Part shown: one piece after another, positions 1-14,161 of the stretch
Layout: each line of letters begins with the position of its first letter
How positions within the stretch are numbered: the stretch's first letter is position 1
Source of the DNA: Balanoglossus misakiensis
Lineage: Eukaryota > Animalia > Hemichordata
DNA length: 64,000 nucleotides
NCBI GenBank assembly: GCA_040954595.2
Contig: CM082580.2
Coordinates: forward strand, 5,136,783-5,200,782
Reading direction: 5' to 3'
Program-made: the position numbers and the translations under genes
Notes under the pieces: generated by a model
The model's input: only the letters and a program-made list of their open reading frames with translations
What the model was told of the DNA's origin: nothing
The model's database searches: none

Positions 1-338
1 AAGCTAAGTCAATGGTCACTCACTGTTTACGCGTAGCCAGTGGTGTGGTGGACATGGTGACAGTTAACAGTGCCCTACCAATTGGACAATGGGGCTGGCC
101 ATATCAGTTGTTAAAAAAAATTAAACATAGTGTTGTATTTCAAGAGTGACATTTTCAAGCACAGCACTTTGGATTGTGGGTGTATTACATATGTCTTTGG
201 AGAATTACAGTAAAATGGTTTGTTTGTTTGGTTGTTGTTGTTTTTTTTTTTTTTTGGGGGGGGGAATTCGCTTTCAAGTGTGTATCATTCTTCACTGCTT
301 AATCTGTTTTGTTTGTTGGCAAATTGTAATATTTGTAG

Positions 339-1400
339 ATGGAGAGATGGTTTCAGAAGATGAAGATGATGATGATGAAGGTGACGAAGCAGATGAAGAG
401 GAAATCTACAAAGAAGCTCAACAGAAACTGGAAGAAGAAAAGCAGGCCATATTGAATAATAAAAACATGCTTTCTGAGGTCAGTGCTTGATAAATCAATT
501 TTATATATAGATCTTGTGTCAGCTAATCGTGGTATTTTGAATTGGCATAGCCCAATAACAGATGATAGCATTCTTTCTCCAAGTAAAACTTTTGTCGTTT
601 TGAGTGGGGAATATTAGATTTACCAACAGCGGAAATGCTGTTTTCCAGCTTTGTTGAGTTTGCCTGAAAAGTCGCCAATGTTACCTTTTATGAAAACAAA
701 GTCACCCTTGCAAAGGACTTAAAATCTTTAACCCTTTCACCAACATGGTTTGGTCCAAACCCATTGTATTCTATGGTAAAGTTGGACCTCTATAGAGGGA
801 AATGGGGATGATAGGGTTAACTCGAAAAAAAGCCATGGAAAGCATATTATTTCAGAAGTGCACCACCGGGTAATTTCAGTTGTTACAACACCGATTGGTA
901 TTTCTTTTCAGGAAAAAGAGAAACTACTCTACGAAACCCAGGAGAAGCAAAAACAGTTGAAGGACCAACAGAAGGCCAAGGAACAGTTAGCCATCAAGAT
1001 CAAAGCCATGGAAAGTAAATTATTGGTTGGAGGAAAGAGTATTGTCGATCACACCAACGAGCAACAGAGGCAATTAGAACAGCATCGGTTGCAGATTGCT
1101 GAACAGACGGTAATTAATTAAGTGTTGTAAATTCAACCAATCCTTAATTGGCGTTGCCTTCCCGACAGGTACAGCTCTGAAAACATTTTTGAGTTTCATT
1201 CAGCGTGTGAAACCTCATATTAAGTACGGTGACATTTCCCTAGTGGTGCTGTGTAGAAATGATGTTGGGTTCCATGTTGATATACTTTGATTTTCTGAAT
1301 GTAAGTGAAGTGTTGCTCCTTGCAATTTCTTGTACTTTGAACTAAAATGTCAGTTTTAGAATGAAACTAAAACAGAAAAGAGCGCCACTAGCAAATGTGA

Positions 1401-1436
<36 letters not shown>

Positions 1437-4077
1437 AAATATGAAAGTCATAACAAGTGAATACAGATTCACCATCTCCAACCAGCGAGCTGATCATTCT
1501 GTTCATAACATTTAACAGAGAAAAGAAAGAGAGATGGAACAGCAATTGATGACAAGAAAAGAAGAAAAACTAGAAATGACAGAGACGTACACATCGTTAC
1601 AACAAGAAGTGGACATCAAGACGAAGAAACTCAAAAAGGTAAAAAATTTGTCTGAATCTGTTGTACATCCACATTGCTGTATAAATCAAGGATGACTAGG
1701 CCAGACTTTGTGTGATTTTGTAAATCTTTCATCACAGAGTGATAGTTTTGGTTGGAAAGTGATCAGTGTGCTCTCTTAAACAAAGTTAACATAATTTTAA
1801 AAGCTTTGAGTCAATTTCAGGAGTTCTAAACATTTCTTTGCATGTATTGTGGATAATTTTCTTGAATCGCCAGTGAGTTCGTTGAGTCAGTGGTGCGTCA
1901 TATGGGCTTAGGGGACACAATAGGAGTGGTTGTTGGTTGATATCACATAAATTAGATGTGGGAGAGTACAGGTGTATTTTCAATGTCTTCATTCCTGTCA
2001 TGATTTTTCAGCTGTTTGCAAAACTGCAAGCTGTCAAGCAGGAGATACAAGACCAGCAAGAAGAACACATCAGGGAAAGACAAGAGTTGGAACAGACGCA
2101 GAACGAGCTGACCAGAGAACTCAAACTTAAGTATGGCCATTGTCACATTTTCCCCTTAAAAACTGTCAGGATATGAGTTCAAACGTATACAGTCAGTCAC
2201 CTGTGCAAATCTAGCCAACCTGGAGAGTGGAAATCTGACCAATCACACTTGGATTTACACTTGGGTGGATGGCAAAAAAGAAGTGTGTTGCCAATTTTAT
2301 TCCTAATTACCATTTCTACTCTCAACTGACTAGTGTAGTCTCTTGACTAAGTTCAGTGCTAGTGTTTCCTTTCATGACGACCTGTTGTGTATTTCTCCCA
2401 TTGACAGAATGCTCATCATAGAAAACTTCATTCCTCCGGAAGAGAAGCACAAAATCACAAACAGGAGCGTGTTCGAGGAGGAGGAAGACATCTGGAAGCT
2501 GACTCCGCTGGCAAAGACGGAAGGGTGGGTTGCAAATTTCCAGCACTACTTGTTTTCGTACATCTCATTGGCGACGACGACAGTGATGGTTATGATGATG
2601 ACCAGTTGAAACATCCTTCACAGTTTAATCATTTCTCTGTTTATCAATGTCTTCCTTTTCAGACATATGCAAATGGCCAAGAGACCGATATCTGCCTGTG
2701 GCAACCGTAGACCCATGTCGGAATATTCCAGGATGGCAGCTGCTATGGGTGGACACTACAGATACAAGGTATTAAAAAGGGATCTAAGTCAACATTTTTT
2801 TTTAAATCTCTCAGTGTAAGCATTTTTCTCTTTTGATGTTTGATATTTGGTAGAAGAATTGCTGGTCATGAAAACATGATTCACTGTCGGTGTCAGACTG
2901 AATTGGAAAAGAGTTGGCCAAATTGTTGAGGTTTCACCATGTCTCTTATATTGTGAGCCCAGTAGCTTCCTGCGTACAGTGCAATGATTTCTGGTAGAAA
3001 CAACACATTTCGTGACCCGTAACATATCAAGAGTTTTGTTCTTCGTTTTGTCATCTGTACGTCAATAACTTGTCTTTTTCACCCCCCCTCAACCCACCCC
3101 AGGGAGAGAACATTTTGATTGTGGAGCTGGACATGCCGAATCGCACAACTCGCGACTATGAGGGTCCGGCCGTGGCGCCGCGCGTACAGGCAGCGTTGGA
3201 TGCTGCTCTGCAAGATGAAGAGGACATTGATCTTGACATTCAGTAAGTACGATGGTCATTTGTAGAGGCTGAGCACACTGCCATCCTTTGCTTTGACCAC
3301 TGCCTGCGTTACCAGAAAAACGGAAATAGACTGCTTCGAGACAAATGATTGAAACGACATATTTTTAGTATCTGGACTGTGGGGGCGCTGTAATATTGCA
3401 ATGGGAGATGATTCTCTCGGATTTTGTATTATGAATTTTCCAGGATATGGCCAACCTTTCATGTTTCATTTGGTTCGCTACAGTTCTTACTTTTTTTTTC
3501 TGGACAAGAGAACCGTAAATTTAATGTTGCATATTTTCTGTGCTTGTGCAGACCTGATGTATTCAAAAAGGCGGCCAGGAACAAGAAACGAGACAAGCCA
3601 GGAAAATCACGGTAAGAATTTGCTTTGGTGTCACATTAGTTGAGAACATAGGCCATTGAGTGTTTAACCCACATGGTGTTCTCAGGTGAAAACCCTGACA
3701 TGTCGTTCTGAAATTTTGGTCTTGTATTTAACCTTTTCCAAAAAGGACAGCATAACAGCTACACAATTGTATTCATTCAGTAGAAGACAATGTACTGTAC
3801 GATACAATAATGAATTTATATAGCGCCTGGTATTCACTGGCGCAATACACAGTAGTAGCGTATGTAGTGTATGGACATGGATTAACTGCTCTAGGTGTGA
3901 AATTCTGCCATTTTAAATGCAGTCATTTTGAGCATGGAGAAAACTCACTGATGTTGCACTTACCCCATTTGTTTTGTCCACAGGCCAACAACGGGTAAAC
4001 GTCAACAACAACAACAGCAGCAGCCACCTAGCCAATCAGAGCTTTATCCCAAGGCAAGAGGACTGATTCAAAAATAA
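339..4077 (+). CDS. KIF3B: Kinesin-2 motor subunit KIF3B/KRP95-like, 3' part (coiled-coil stalk and tail); motor-domain exons lie upstream of the window
   Basis: Exons join(339-478,912-1109,1519-1638,2012-2130,2408-2524,2663-2768,3103-3242,3552-3611,3984-4077), all AG/GT-flanked with matching phases. Translation includes [112 protein letters not shown] and ends [11 protein letters not shown]. These match recalled KIF3B/KRP95 stalk and tail motifs. Confidence 0.93.
728..820. mobile_element. TTAA-flanked piggyBac-like MITE, copy 1
   Basis: TTAACCCTTTCACC...GATGATAGGGTTAA with shared core ATGGTTTGGTCCAAACCCATT...CTATGGTAAAGTTGGACCT. Confidence 0.75.
1404..1434. repeat. (GATT)n microsatellite in a KIF3B intron
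   Basis: About 7 tandem GATT units. Confidence 0.9.
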
Positions 4078-6319
4078 CACGTCACAAGCAGCAGTTTTGT
4101 TCGTAGCGGAGTTTCGGTGCCCAAGAGAAAAATTGATAAGTGAGCGTTGCTGGACAAAAGCTCTTTCAAGATATTTCAATTTTATCCAGCGTTTAATGAT
4201 TATTTCTTGTTTATTTCTGTGAAGCAGAGAGACTAGACAGGTTGCATTGTCCAAATATGGAAATAAGAATTGTTGGTTTCATTCTTTGAAGGGGGAGTAG
4301 GGTGGGGGGAGAGACTTGTAATTTTGTCCAGGTTAGATATATCTCAGCACAAACCAGTAGTGTCTTATGATTTCAGATTCACTTAAAAACTGTCAGATAT
4401 AAAAAATACTGCGATTTTGGAAAGGTGTACAGTTTGCAGTACTTGGCAAAATCTACTTTTAAAAGATGTCCATCTTTCCTGACAAGGATATTTGAACTAA
4501 TACCACGGACAGATGTGTAGAAATTTTATAAAGTACCCTAGCCCCTGCATATGTTATCGTCGATAAAAGTACCTGCCTCCACGTGGATATTGGCAGCCAT
4601 TGTAAAATGCTGTCTGTCAGTGATTTCTGGTCACCGTACTCAGAACAAGTAGATATGCAATCTGGGGTGGTTTAATTCTACTTTGCCCGGTCTGTGTCTA
4701 TCCCTCATAGACAGTCCACTCCTCGCTATAGATCTTATCACATCAGCTGTTTTCTACCCCCACTCCCACCCCCAATTGATAGCCATCCATCCATCCATTC
4801 TGAAATGTCAGACTTATCAGAACATTAGATGAGGTTACCCTAGCAGATGGATGGATTGTACAGGGTAACCTGTGAAATTACTGCAATATAGTATTCCTTC
4901 CAACCCTTGTGTGTGTCTTTCAAATTACCATGTAATGTTTTAATATTTTTTATGAGTACTTTCGTCCGTTGCAGTTTTGTTTTACCAAATAGAGCTGCTG
5001 TTTATTTACTTAATACCTGACAAAATAGACATTTGTTTTAAAGTATAATTCACAGAACCCATCAAAACTTTTTTGTAAATGATCCAGATTTCTCTGCCAT
5101 GTCTCGTTTTAGAGGGACTTTATTTAGATCTTTAATATGTTGCGTTTGATACTTCAATAGTCCCTATCATGGCCATCTTTTCACCCAAAGAAAATCTTTA
5201 GATTTGTCTTCACTGTTAGTTACAAAACTCATCTCTGAAGTGGCCCATTTTTATTTGATTGAAGTAGGGTTTAAAATGTAGCATTGAGAGTTTGACTGCA
5301 TTATGCATGTTACTGATTTTTTTCAGTGTTTCTCCATTTGTAATGGACACTCTTGTTGTCCAGAATCATCCTTTTTCTGATGCCCCCTGATAGATATGAC
5401 CCCATCAATTTCACTGTTTAGCTTTGACCCTTGACCCCAACATCCTGAACTCTTTGGTGATCAAAAGTTCACCACTTTTGATACAGATTTTTTTTTTGTA
5501 AAATTGTATGTTCACATTTAATTGAAAACTACTTAGAGTATGCAAGCTATTTCTCCACAATAAATTATTTAAATATGTGTTTTGTTCTGTATATAGGTTG
5601 TACAGAAAGATACAGTTATAATTATAACAGTTTAACCCATACAGATTTGTGAGATCACGTGAGAGGGCTTTTTTTTTACATACCAGACATGAAAGGGTGT
5701 GGGAGCATATTTGTAATAGGATTATACAAATTATGTTCTTGAATATTCCACTTGAGTTGTTTAACTTGGGTGACATTCGTATGGGTACAGCCATGTGTCC
5801 AGCAGTATGCTTTGGTTCGTATGCCAATTGTCCAGACAGGAAGTGACATCACTGCTGTCAGAGAAGGCCTCCCTATAGACTTCAGTGTTTTAAGATTATT
5901 CTCAGTCAGTCCCTCTTGTTGTCAGTAGGAGTCTCGACGAATGAGATGCAGTGGAATTTTCCCCTCGTTTATAACTTGCTGGTTGAATCCATAAGCTCAA
6001 ACTATCAGTTTTGACAAAAATGTCATGTCTTGATGTAAACCATATATATTGCAGTTAAGCGGGACGTTGCTTCCACCCCATAGTCTAGTATAATAGAACA
6101 GTTTCCTGGGGAAAAAAATGAGGAAAGGGGGAGCTAGATCTTATAAGTTCTGGCAATATCAAAAGAGGGCATAGTCTTGTATGTACATTTTTCTTTTACA
6201 ACAGCCAGGTGTGTGGGTGTTTCTCTGTATTGTGGTATTTTCTAGTAGTTGTAACTTATTACAAGCTTTGTAATATTTCATGAACTTCGTCCTCCACGAT
6301 CTATGTATATTATGCTTGA

Positions 6320-6325
6320 AATAAA
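6320..6325 (+). terminator. Candidate polyadenylation signal of KIF3B (3' UTR about 2.2 kb)
   Basis: AATAAA at the end of a U-rich stretch downstream of the stop at 4077. Confidence 0.5.
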
Positions 6326-6944
6326 AAAATAATAAGATTACACCTGAATGTGATGTGGCTGTCAGTGATTACTCCTGCAAGTTATGAAGGATGAATATTT
6401 ACTCTTGAACATTAAGATTTTTAACATGTACACCCACCAAAACTGTTGAGTATATTGGTGATTGATATACTCTTGAAGAAAAGATAAGGCTATTAGTATT
6501 CTGGTTTTGTCCAATTGCAGAGCGCCCTCTACGGCAAATCACTTTTTTTACTTTCACTAAAATAATTAAATACAAGATTTTTGCATTCGCCAGCCCACAG
6601 CAGACAGTGAATCTGCAGTCTTTACTTCTATATCATGTCAATTTGTCCTTTACCTCCCCCAGCCTCCCCTCTCTCTCTATGGAGGTTAGAGACTGTCTGA
6701 CCAGTCTATCTTGATACCAAGGACAAGGCAATAATGATCTCAATCCCTATACACATCTGATTTTAATCAGATTGAAGTGTGCAACTCTGTATAATGATCA
6801 TCTTCGCCTGCCAAGGTCTAGTCGATGTAACAACCCATGCGAGCGGACGATATAATGATATACATCTGAACTTATATGCAGTAGTAGCACACATCCAAAG
6901 AACAAACATCAAGCATCTGTGTATGGTATTCACAATATACTGTA

Positions 6945-6950
6945 TTTAAT
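6945..6950 (-). terminator. Candidate polyadenylation signal (ATTAAA) of the DDT-BCL9 gene (3' UTR about 3 kb)
   Basis: Plus-strand TTTAAT, preceded on the minus strand by a U-rich region (plus A-rich 6980-7100); convergent with KIF3B. Confidence 0.35.
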
Positions 6951-8570
6951 TGTAAATACAATTTTTGAATAGTAATTTTTCTCAAAAAGAAAAAAAAATG
7001 AAAACACTGGAAGAAAATTTCATAGTGTCAAAATCCCCCGTACTTTTCTGCCAAATATACAATATAAAAATTCCAACAAAAACAAGCACTGGTTATAAAT
7101 ATATAACCGTTTTGTTATTAGATTAGGAAAAATATATGTGAATGTGATGGATAATAAGCAAAAATCATCACATGGGAATCATGTGACTACCATGTGACAG
7201 CAGCCCACTTTCATATTTACATTTAAGCCACTGTCGGTTGCTGACAACCATAAACTGTCAAAGTTCAATTTACGGTACAAAATGCTACAAAACTATTTCT
7301 GTAAAGTCTTCTCTCTATAGTTACGACCAGTGGCATAGAATCTTCAAAAAAAAGAAAATCAAATCAAGACATATATCTTGAAAAAGTCTATGGTACAAGA
7401 TTTCATACAGTGTGTACAAGTCTCCCTCGTTGAAACCCCTAACCCTAAACTGGGCTATCTTTGCATAAAAATATTTTTAAAATTTACAGTAGGCTAAATG
7501 CAGACCTAGCGTCATACAAACTTGTGGTACCAAACTTGATCTTTCTGTGAAGTCTCTCTTTACTATACATATAAAACTGCAGAGAGCCGTGAAGTACATA
7601 GAAGAAATGCTGCCCTCACTGGCAGAATTACAATATCTTTCTCATAAGTACAAATCAAAGTTCATTATTTTTTTATCTCAAGGCTGCTGGCATTTCTGTG
7701 TGAAATACAGGTCTGTCATTTAAAACAAGGAAACCACAGTGGCATAGCAGGCAGCTTGGCAAATACACCCGGAAAAAAACTGGCAGTACTTACAATGGCT
7801 TTAATTCTGACAAAGCGGCATTTAATTGAGGGCCATATTAAAAAGATAATCTGGGTTTGCATGGCATTGCAATGGTATGTACACGGATCTTAAAATCGCC
7901 AAATGACTAGAAAAGTTGGACAGCTGAAGAGAAAATGCACAACCGTAAATTTCTGTTATTTACATGTAAGTACCAGGCTTAAATCAAAAAACGTCTCCCT
8001 TTGTTGGTCATTTGCATAGAGTAAGGGTCGACCTCTGAGAAAAAAATAAATACCATCAAGGTTTATTTTTCCCCCAATTTTCCAGAGGTCAGAGTCCGAG
8101 GAGAGCAAAACCCATTCCAGTACTAGGCGCGAATGCCGCATGCAATGCTGCACATCAACAAACAGTGAGCTGATAAACTGAACGTTTCAGTCTTGTCATA
8201 AATAAACACACTCTTCACACGTGCCAAAGGTATAATTTTTTACGTAGGTATCAACCAAAATTTATCACCACATTGTCTGCGGAATACCCTTACTTGATGT
8301 TCGGGATCCCAGAGTCAGTTGTTCTTCAGGAGGTCAAAAAGAGATCATTTGTCTACTGTTTGGTTTGATTTGATTTAAAAATTTCAGGTAATTTGTTTTC
8401 TGGATGATGGGTCCCGCACACTTTAACTTCACCATCACTGTTATTATTACTATATAGCACCAGTCAGACCTTTTTTTTCCATAATCATCATCGTTGCCAT
8501 CATTGTCAAGAATTCACCAAATTCTGAACTTCTATCACGTGTACCACCAAATATATGAAGTGGGCTCCTT

Positions 8571-8636
8571 CTAGAGGCACAACTTGACCATAGAAAACAA
8601 TAGATTTGGACCAAACCATAGTGGTGAAGGGGATAA
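8571..8636. mobile_element. Partial, reverse copy of the same MITE in the BCL9 3' UTR
   Basis: CCATAGAAAACAATAGATTTGGACCAAACCATAGTGGTGAAGGGGATAA matches the family core. Confidence 0.6.
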
Positions 8637-9910
8637 TCTGCCCTATCGATATTAAACTTTTCCAACTTTAGTGAACACTCTCTCCCATCACCAACCAACA
8701 CTTGACAGAGATCCCCTGACCTTCCTGACATATTTGCACAGTTTTTCGTTTCGTATCATTCCAATGCATATTTTTGTGTGATCAGAGCTGGGTTGGAAGA
8801 CAGACAATCTGAGCCTGGAGACATCGGATAAAATTTGTTCTCCCAAATTAGAAAAAAAAAGATGAGGTAGTTGTGATCAGAATCAGGGACCTCTCTGTCA
8901 TTTGTCAGTTGATGCTAATGATGGATGCAATATCAAAGATGTACTTTCTTTTGCTTGATTCAAGGCAGGGCCTCCTCACATAGCCAAATAAGATTACCCC
9001 CCGGTACATCGCAGTTCCTTACTGTAGGTTCACTCAATGCACAAATTTCACCCTCTAGTCAAAACGACTCCAAATCTCACCCACGTCTCTGCAAACACTT
9101 GGCTTATTTCTGGACATTACCACGCAAACTCTAAATCAGGATGTCTATTGATTAGTCCCCACAGCTATGCAATAACCAGGATGTGAGAACTTTAACCTCT
9201 GCCCTCTGACCCACACGACTTCTGTACATATCTGACTCTCAGTGTGCCACGAAACTAGTGCGATGGTCTGCCATACAAGTGACTTGCACTTTCACCTTTG
9301 CACTCTGACCCGATGCTCTGCTTTTGTTCATTCACACAAGTAGCTTAGGACTGCAGCTTTGTGAATTAATACATAACGGCAAGTATTAAACGAGACTATG
9401 ATATCATTCACTGCCATGCCTGATGTTCTATAAAAAAAAAACCTTCACATCTCTGTACAGTTTCGAATTGTCAAAGCTATCAACTTTCATGAGTTCTCCC
9501 CTGAAAAAGGCACATTTGTAGAGTAATAAATACAGATACAGTAACCCTCAATTAGCTCAGCAGCCCGTGAGCAAAGTCTGGAAGGGCTGTCACATATTCT
9601 CCGTGCTTGTATGTATAATTATTACCATTGCGATTAGGGTACAGATTCTGGTGTCATTCTACATTTATCAACATCCCCCTTCTGCAGAGTACAGTCAATT
9701 CCAATTTTGCGGTCAACCAGCCTGATAAATTATACCTAAAATGGCTGACAGTCCAGACCACATTATAAATACTGAAGCTCTGGATTTGATCCTGCAGTTG
9801 GTCCAATCGTCTCTTTTTGTGTGTGTGACAACTGCAATGTGAATGACACCAAAAAAAATCTGCAATGTATTCTTTTAGAAAGTACTGACGTGAGATCCAT
9901 TCATGGTGTA

Positions 9911-12900
9911 CTACCTGCCCATGTTCGGCATCACTGGGTTTTGCGGGCCGTACGGCGACATTTGGAAATTTGGAAACTGTCCCTGCTGAAGCATGGGCAT
10001 AGGAGTCTGTGATTGTTGCAGTTGCTGGGGCTGCCCAACAAAGCCAGGACCACTGGGGGGTCCCGGCATTCTAGTCCTCACAAACCCCGGCTGTGTAGCC
10101 TTGGGGGGATAGTACATTGTCACTGATTGGCTGGAGTTTGGCATTAAGTGTCTCTGGTGCGCCATGGCCTCCGATTGGCTCATTCGCAGACCCTGCATTC
10201 CTGGGTAGGGGTAGTTCTGATTCACGCCCATGTTGGGATTGACCATGTGCATCTCGGCGGGCATCCCGCCTCCGCCTCCCATTGGCATCTGCTGCCTCTG
10301 CCTGACTGCGATGTTGGGGCTCATTCCGAGCATGCTGGGATTCATGTTGGGGTTCTGCATGCCGGTGTACCTGGGGTTGGGCAGCATCTGCTGCATTTGC
10401 TGCAGGTGAGAGAGCTGCGTCTGCTGCGGTGGTGGTGGGGGTGCCTGTTGCTGTTGGGGCAGCATGGGCGGCTGCTGTTGTTGCTGCTGCTGCTGCTGCT
10501 GCAGCTGCTGCGACACCCCGGCTCCCGGCGGGGCGCCACCCATGTTCGGGTTGGGAAAATACTGCAGAGTCTGTTTTGGTCCTTTGCCGTCCGGCAGCAG
10601 CGGCGGGTCAAAGCCCAGCATGGGGTTGGAGCTCGTCGGGTTCTGTGACTGGGAATAGTGGAGGGTGCTCGACTGCGACATCATGCCGGAGCTTGGTGGG
10701 TTTCCGCGGCTGAGGGGCACGGGTGGCATATTACTTCCCTGTTGTTGTTGTTGCTGTTGTTGCTGCTGCGCTTGTTGCTGCGCTTGCTGTTGTTGCAGTT
10801 GTGCTTGCTGCTGCGCTTGCTGTTGTGCTTGCTGTTGTGAATAAATCTGACTCGAAACGGTAGATGTTCCAGCCAAACTACTCTGCGAGGTCGCGCCGGC
10901 TTGCTGAACATACATATACGTCGAAGTTCCCGACATCATCGGCTGTTGCCTCGATGCCGGCGTCTGCACCATCATCTGGGGACTCTGCGACGGGGGAATG
11001 GGCTGGGAACCCTGCATCATCAGCATCTGCTGTGGACTCTGCATTGGCGGCATGCGCTGGTGCTGCGTCGGTCCTGCAACTCGCATGTTCATACCTGGCT
11101 GGCCGGGATTGGCCAGGCTCGTGGGCGGCCTGAGGGGACTGCCCATGTTGCCGTCTAGGTACGCCAGAGGCTTGCTCATGGAGTTTCCTTGGGGAGGCAT
11201 TCCGCTGCCGGGCAACGGCGGCATGTTTGGAGGAGGCTGCGGCTGTGTGGGTTGCTGCGGCTGAGACTGTGGCGGTGCCGGCTGCGGAGGATGGCTCAAC
11301 GGCGACGGCTGGGGCGGCGCGCTGGATGCCGGCGGCGTGAAATGCTGCAGTTTCTGAGACGCCGCCCCCGCGCTGCCCGCCTTCTCGACAGTCGGCTTCT
11401 GATAGAACGTCGACGCGTACTGGTGAAAGTCCTCGCCCCTGGGGGGAAAGTTCGGCGCTTTGTCGCGGTTCAGAGCGCTCGGGGGGAAGTTGACCAAATG
11501 CCTGTTGGATGAGGACATCTCTTCGGAGACTTTCGGGGCCACCGTGACGGCTGCTGCAGTCGCTGCAGCCGCCGACACAGCCGCGGCTGCAGCCGACGCG
11601 GCCGCCGCAGTGACGGCCGCCGGCTGTTGGGGATTGCTGAGCGGCGGCGGCTTGGTGGTCATCGGCATTATGGGACTCTGTTCCCCGACGGACTTGGACG
11701 AGGAAGACATCATCGGACTGCTGACGTTGGTGGGTCCTGAGGTAGCTGCGGAGGACGCGGGCGACGGCTTGGGTCCCATCTCGGGAAACATGCCCTGCGT
11801 CGGAGGAGTAGGCACTGACGGCTTGGCGCTCGTCTTGTTGCTGAACATCCTCTGCGCCGCCGGGGGCACAGACGGCGGCAACGGCTGCGAGACCTGCTCG
11901 ACGGGAAACGGCCTGCCGGGCTTTTCCATTCCCGCCGGCGGCAGACTATGCCTCACGGCGGACATCGGCGGATTGTTCGAGTTCACCGCCGCGGGCTGTC
12001 CGCTCGGATATGGCGTGACTTGCGACGGCATCCTCGGAGGCACTGACGAATTCGGCCCCGCGACTCCCGCCGGGACCGCTTGGGAAGGCAGGGAGCCCGT
12101 GCTGGCCGGTCTGGGCGACGACTGGGCTGGAGGGGGCCAGTGCGCGGGTGACTTGGGCAGATGCGGCGAGGTGGGCGACGGCATGGGTCCTGACAAGCTG
12201 CTCCGCCTCTGAGCTGGGTTGTGGGTGAGGTGAGGTGCATAGTACGGAGGTGGGGGCATGCGCTGGCTCTGCATCTGTTGGGGGTTCATCGAGGCGTTCA
12301 CGGGCATATCTCCTGGCCCTCCTGGCATCATGCCACCTGGCACTGGAGGACCACCTGGGACTTGACCGCTCAGGACTTGACCGCCTGGCATTGGACCGCC
12401 TTGACCGCCTGGCATTGGACCGCCTTGACCGCCGGGCATTGGACCGCCTTGACCGCCGGGCATTGGACCGCCTTGACCGCCTGGCATTGGACCGCCTTGA
12501 CCGCCCGGCATTGGACCGCCTTGACCGCCCGGCATTGGACCGCCTGGCATTGGCCCACCTGGGATCGGACCACCTGGGCCCGGACCACCTGGACCGACCA
12601 TGACTCCAGCCATCTGCTGTTGCTGCTGCATGTGGTGTCGAATTTGTTCCTGCTGGATGTGCCTCCTCTTGTTGCTGTAGAACTCCTGCTGCAGCCGGTT
12701 CCACTCCTGCTGCGCCTGGACTCGGTCCATCGGCGGCGGCGAGTGGGGCCCGCCGGCCGAGAGCTGCGGGGGCCCCACATTCTGCGGCGACATCATCGGC
12801 CCCTGCGGCGATCGCACCATATCCGGTTGGCCGTGCGGGGACATCATCCCGGGCATGTACTGGGCCGGCCCGCCGGGCATTGTACTCATGTTCACGGAAG

Positions 12901-12961
12901 CCTGAGGTGGGACAACGTTCAGCGGTGAGGCCATTCCCATATTGTTGCCGCCGGGAAAGTT

Positions 12962-12998
<37 letters not shown>

Positions 12999-13833
12999 GG
13001 AAACAGCAGCCTTTGCATTTCCTGTAAAGTTTGCAACCTTTCTTTCCTGTGCCTCAGCTGTTCAGGTGTCGGGTTGTCAATTGTCTTTATGGGCGCTTGG
13101 GAAGGTCCGTGCGGTTGGGTCGGAGAGAAAGGCTGTTGAACTTGCTGCATGTCCATATTTACGCCGTGCGGTGGCATTCCTCTCGGTGGCTGCGGTTGCC
13201 CGGAAAACCCCATCCCTGCCTGCAAATATTCCTGTTGTGAGGGAAACTGGGGCCTTTCGCCCGGTCCCATCTGCATACTCCTTTGCATCTGCTGAAACTG
13301 TTGCTGTTGTTGTTGTTGCTGCTGCTGTTGTGGGGACAACTGCCATGACAGTTTATTATTGCTCATCGGAGATTCCCACAGAGCGGTTGGGTCGAGATTT
13401 TCAGTCTCTAAAGAGTCCCGTTTGGCCATCGGACTATCCATAGGCATTTGAGGTGACAGGTATTGCTGTTCCAAGGGCTGCTGCTGTTGCGGCTGGGGCT
13501 GAGGCTGCAACGGTTGCTGCAACCTCTGCTGAAGTTGAGAGATTGCTCCGCCTTGCATCATGGCTGCCTGCGACGGCTGCTGCTGCTGCTTCTGTTGGTG
13601 CTGCGACGGCATCATGTGCTGGCTGCCCACGGGTGGCTGCTGCTGTTGTTGTTGTTGTTGTTGCTGCTGCTGGGGCATCTGTTGGGACTGCTGCTGTGCC
13701 ATGGGTGATCCGAGCTGCTGCATGTGTCGCTGCTGTTGCTGCTGCAGTTTCTGTTTCTGCGCCGGACCCTGCTGCGGCTGGTGCTGGTAGTGGTGCACAG
13801 TCTGGGAGCTTCCTTGAAGCTGTGGGTTTGGCC

Positions 13834-13873
<40 letters not shown>

Positions 13874-14161
13874 AGGTGTGAGCGGCTGCTGCAGCTGCTG
13901 TTGGTTCGGCTGCTGGTCCTGCTGGTGGTTCTGAAACATCTGGTGCTGCTTGCTCTGAAACTGTTTCTGGTGCTGCAGCTGTTTCTGTTGGTACGACTGC
14001 TGTTGTCGGAGCTGTTGCTGCTGCTGCTGTTGTTGTTGGTGATGATGGAGTTGCTGCGTTTCCACAACCGGATGCGGAGACATAGTCTGCATCTGTAGTT
14101 TGTCTTGCACAAGTGGTGACTGGGAATTTTCCATTGTCAAAGATGGCCGCCGTGTAATTTC
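9911..14161 (-). CDS. BCL9: BCL9 large terminal exon (HD2, HD3, Q/P/G-rich low-complexity region)
   Basis: Part of the 1433-aa ORF, acceptor AG at 14163-14162. HD2 (beta-catenin binding) PTPEQLRHRKERLQTLQEMQRLLFPE at about 13075-12995; HD3 QEWNRLQQEFYSNKRR at about 12710-12660; MPPPPYY; C-terminal KQTLQYFP. Confidence 0.93.

Noticed and set aside
7437-7448. CCCTAACCCTAA telomere-like dimer (also near 41929)
   Set aside because: Only two units, compatible with chance
12377-12544. Regular 24-bp repeats as a CRISPR-like array
   Set aside because: No unique spacers, in-frame coding repeat, eukaryotic context
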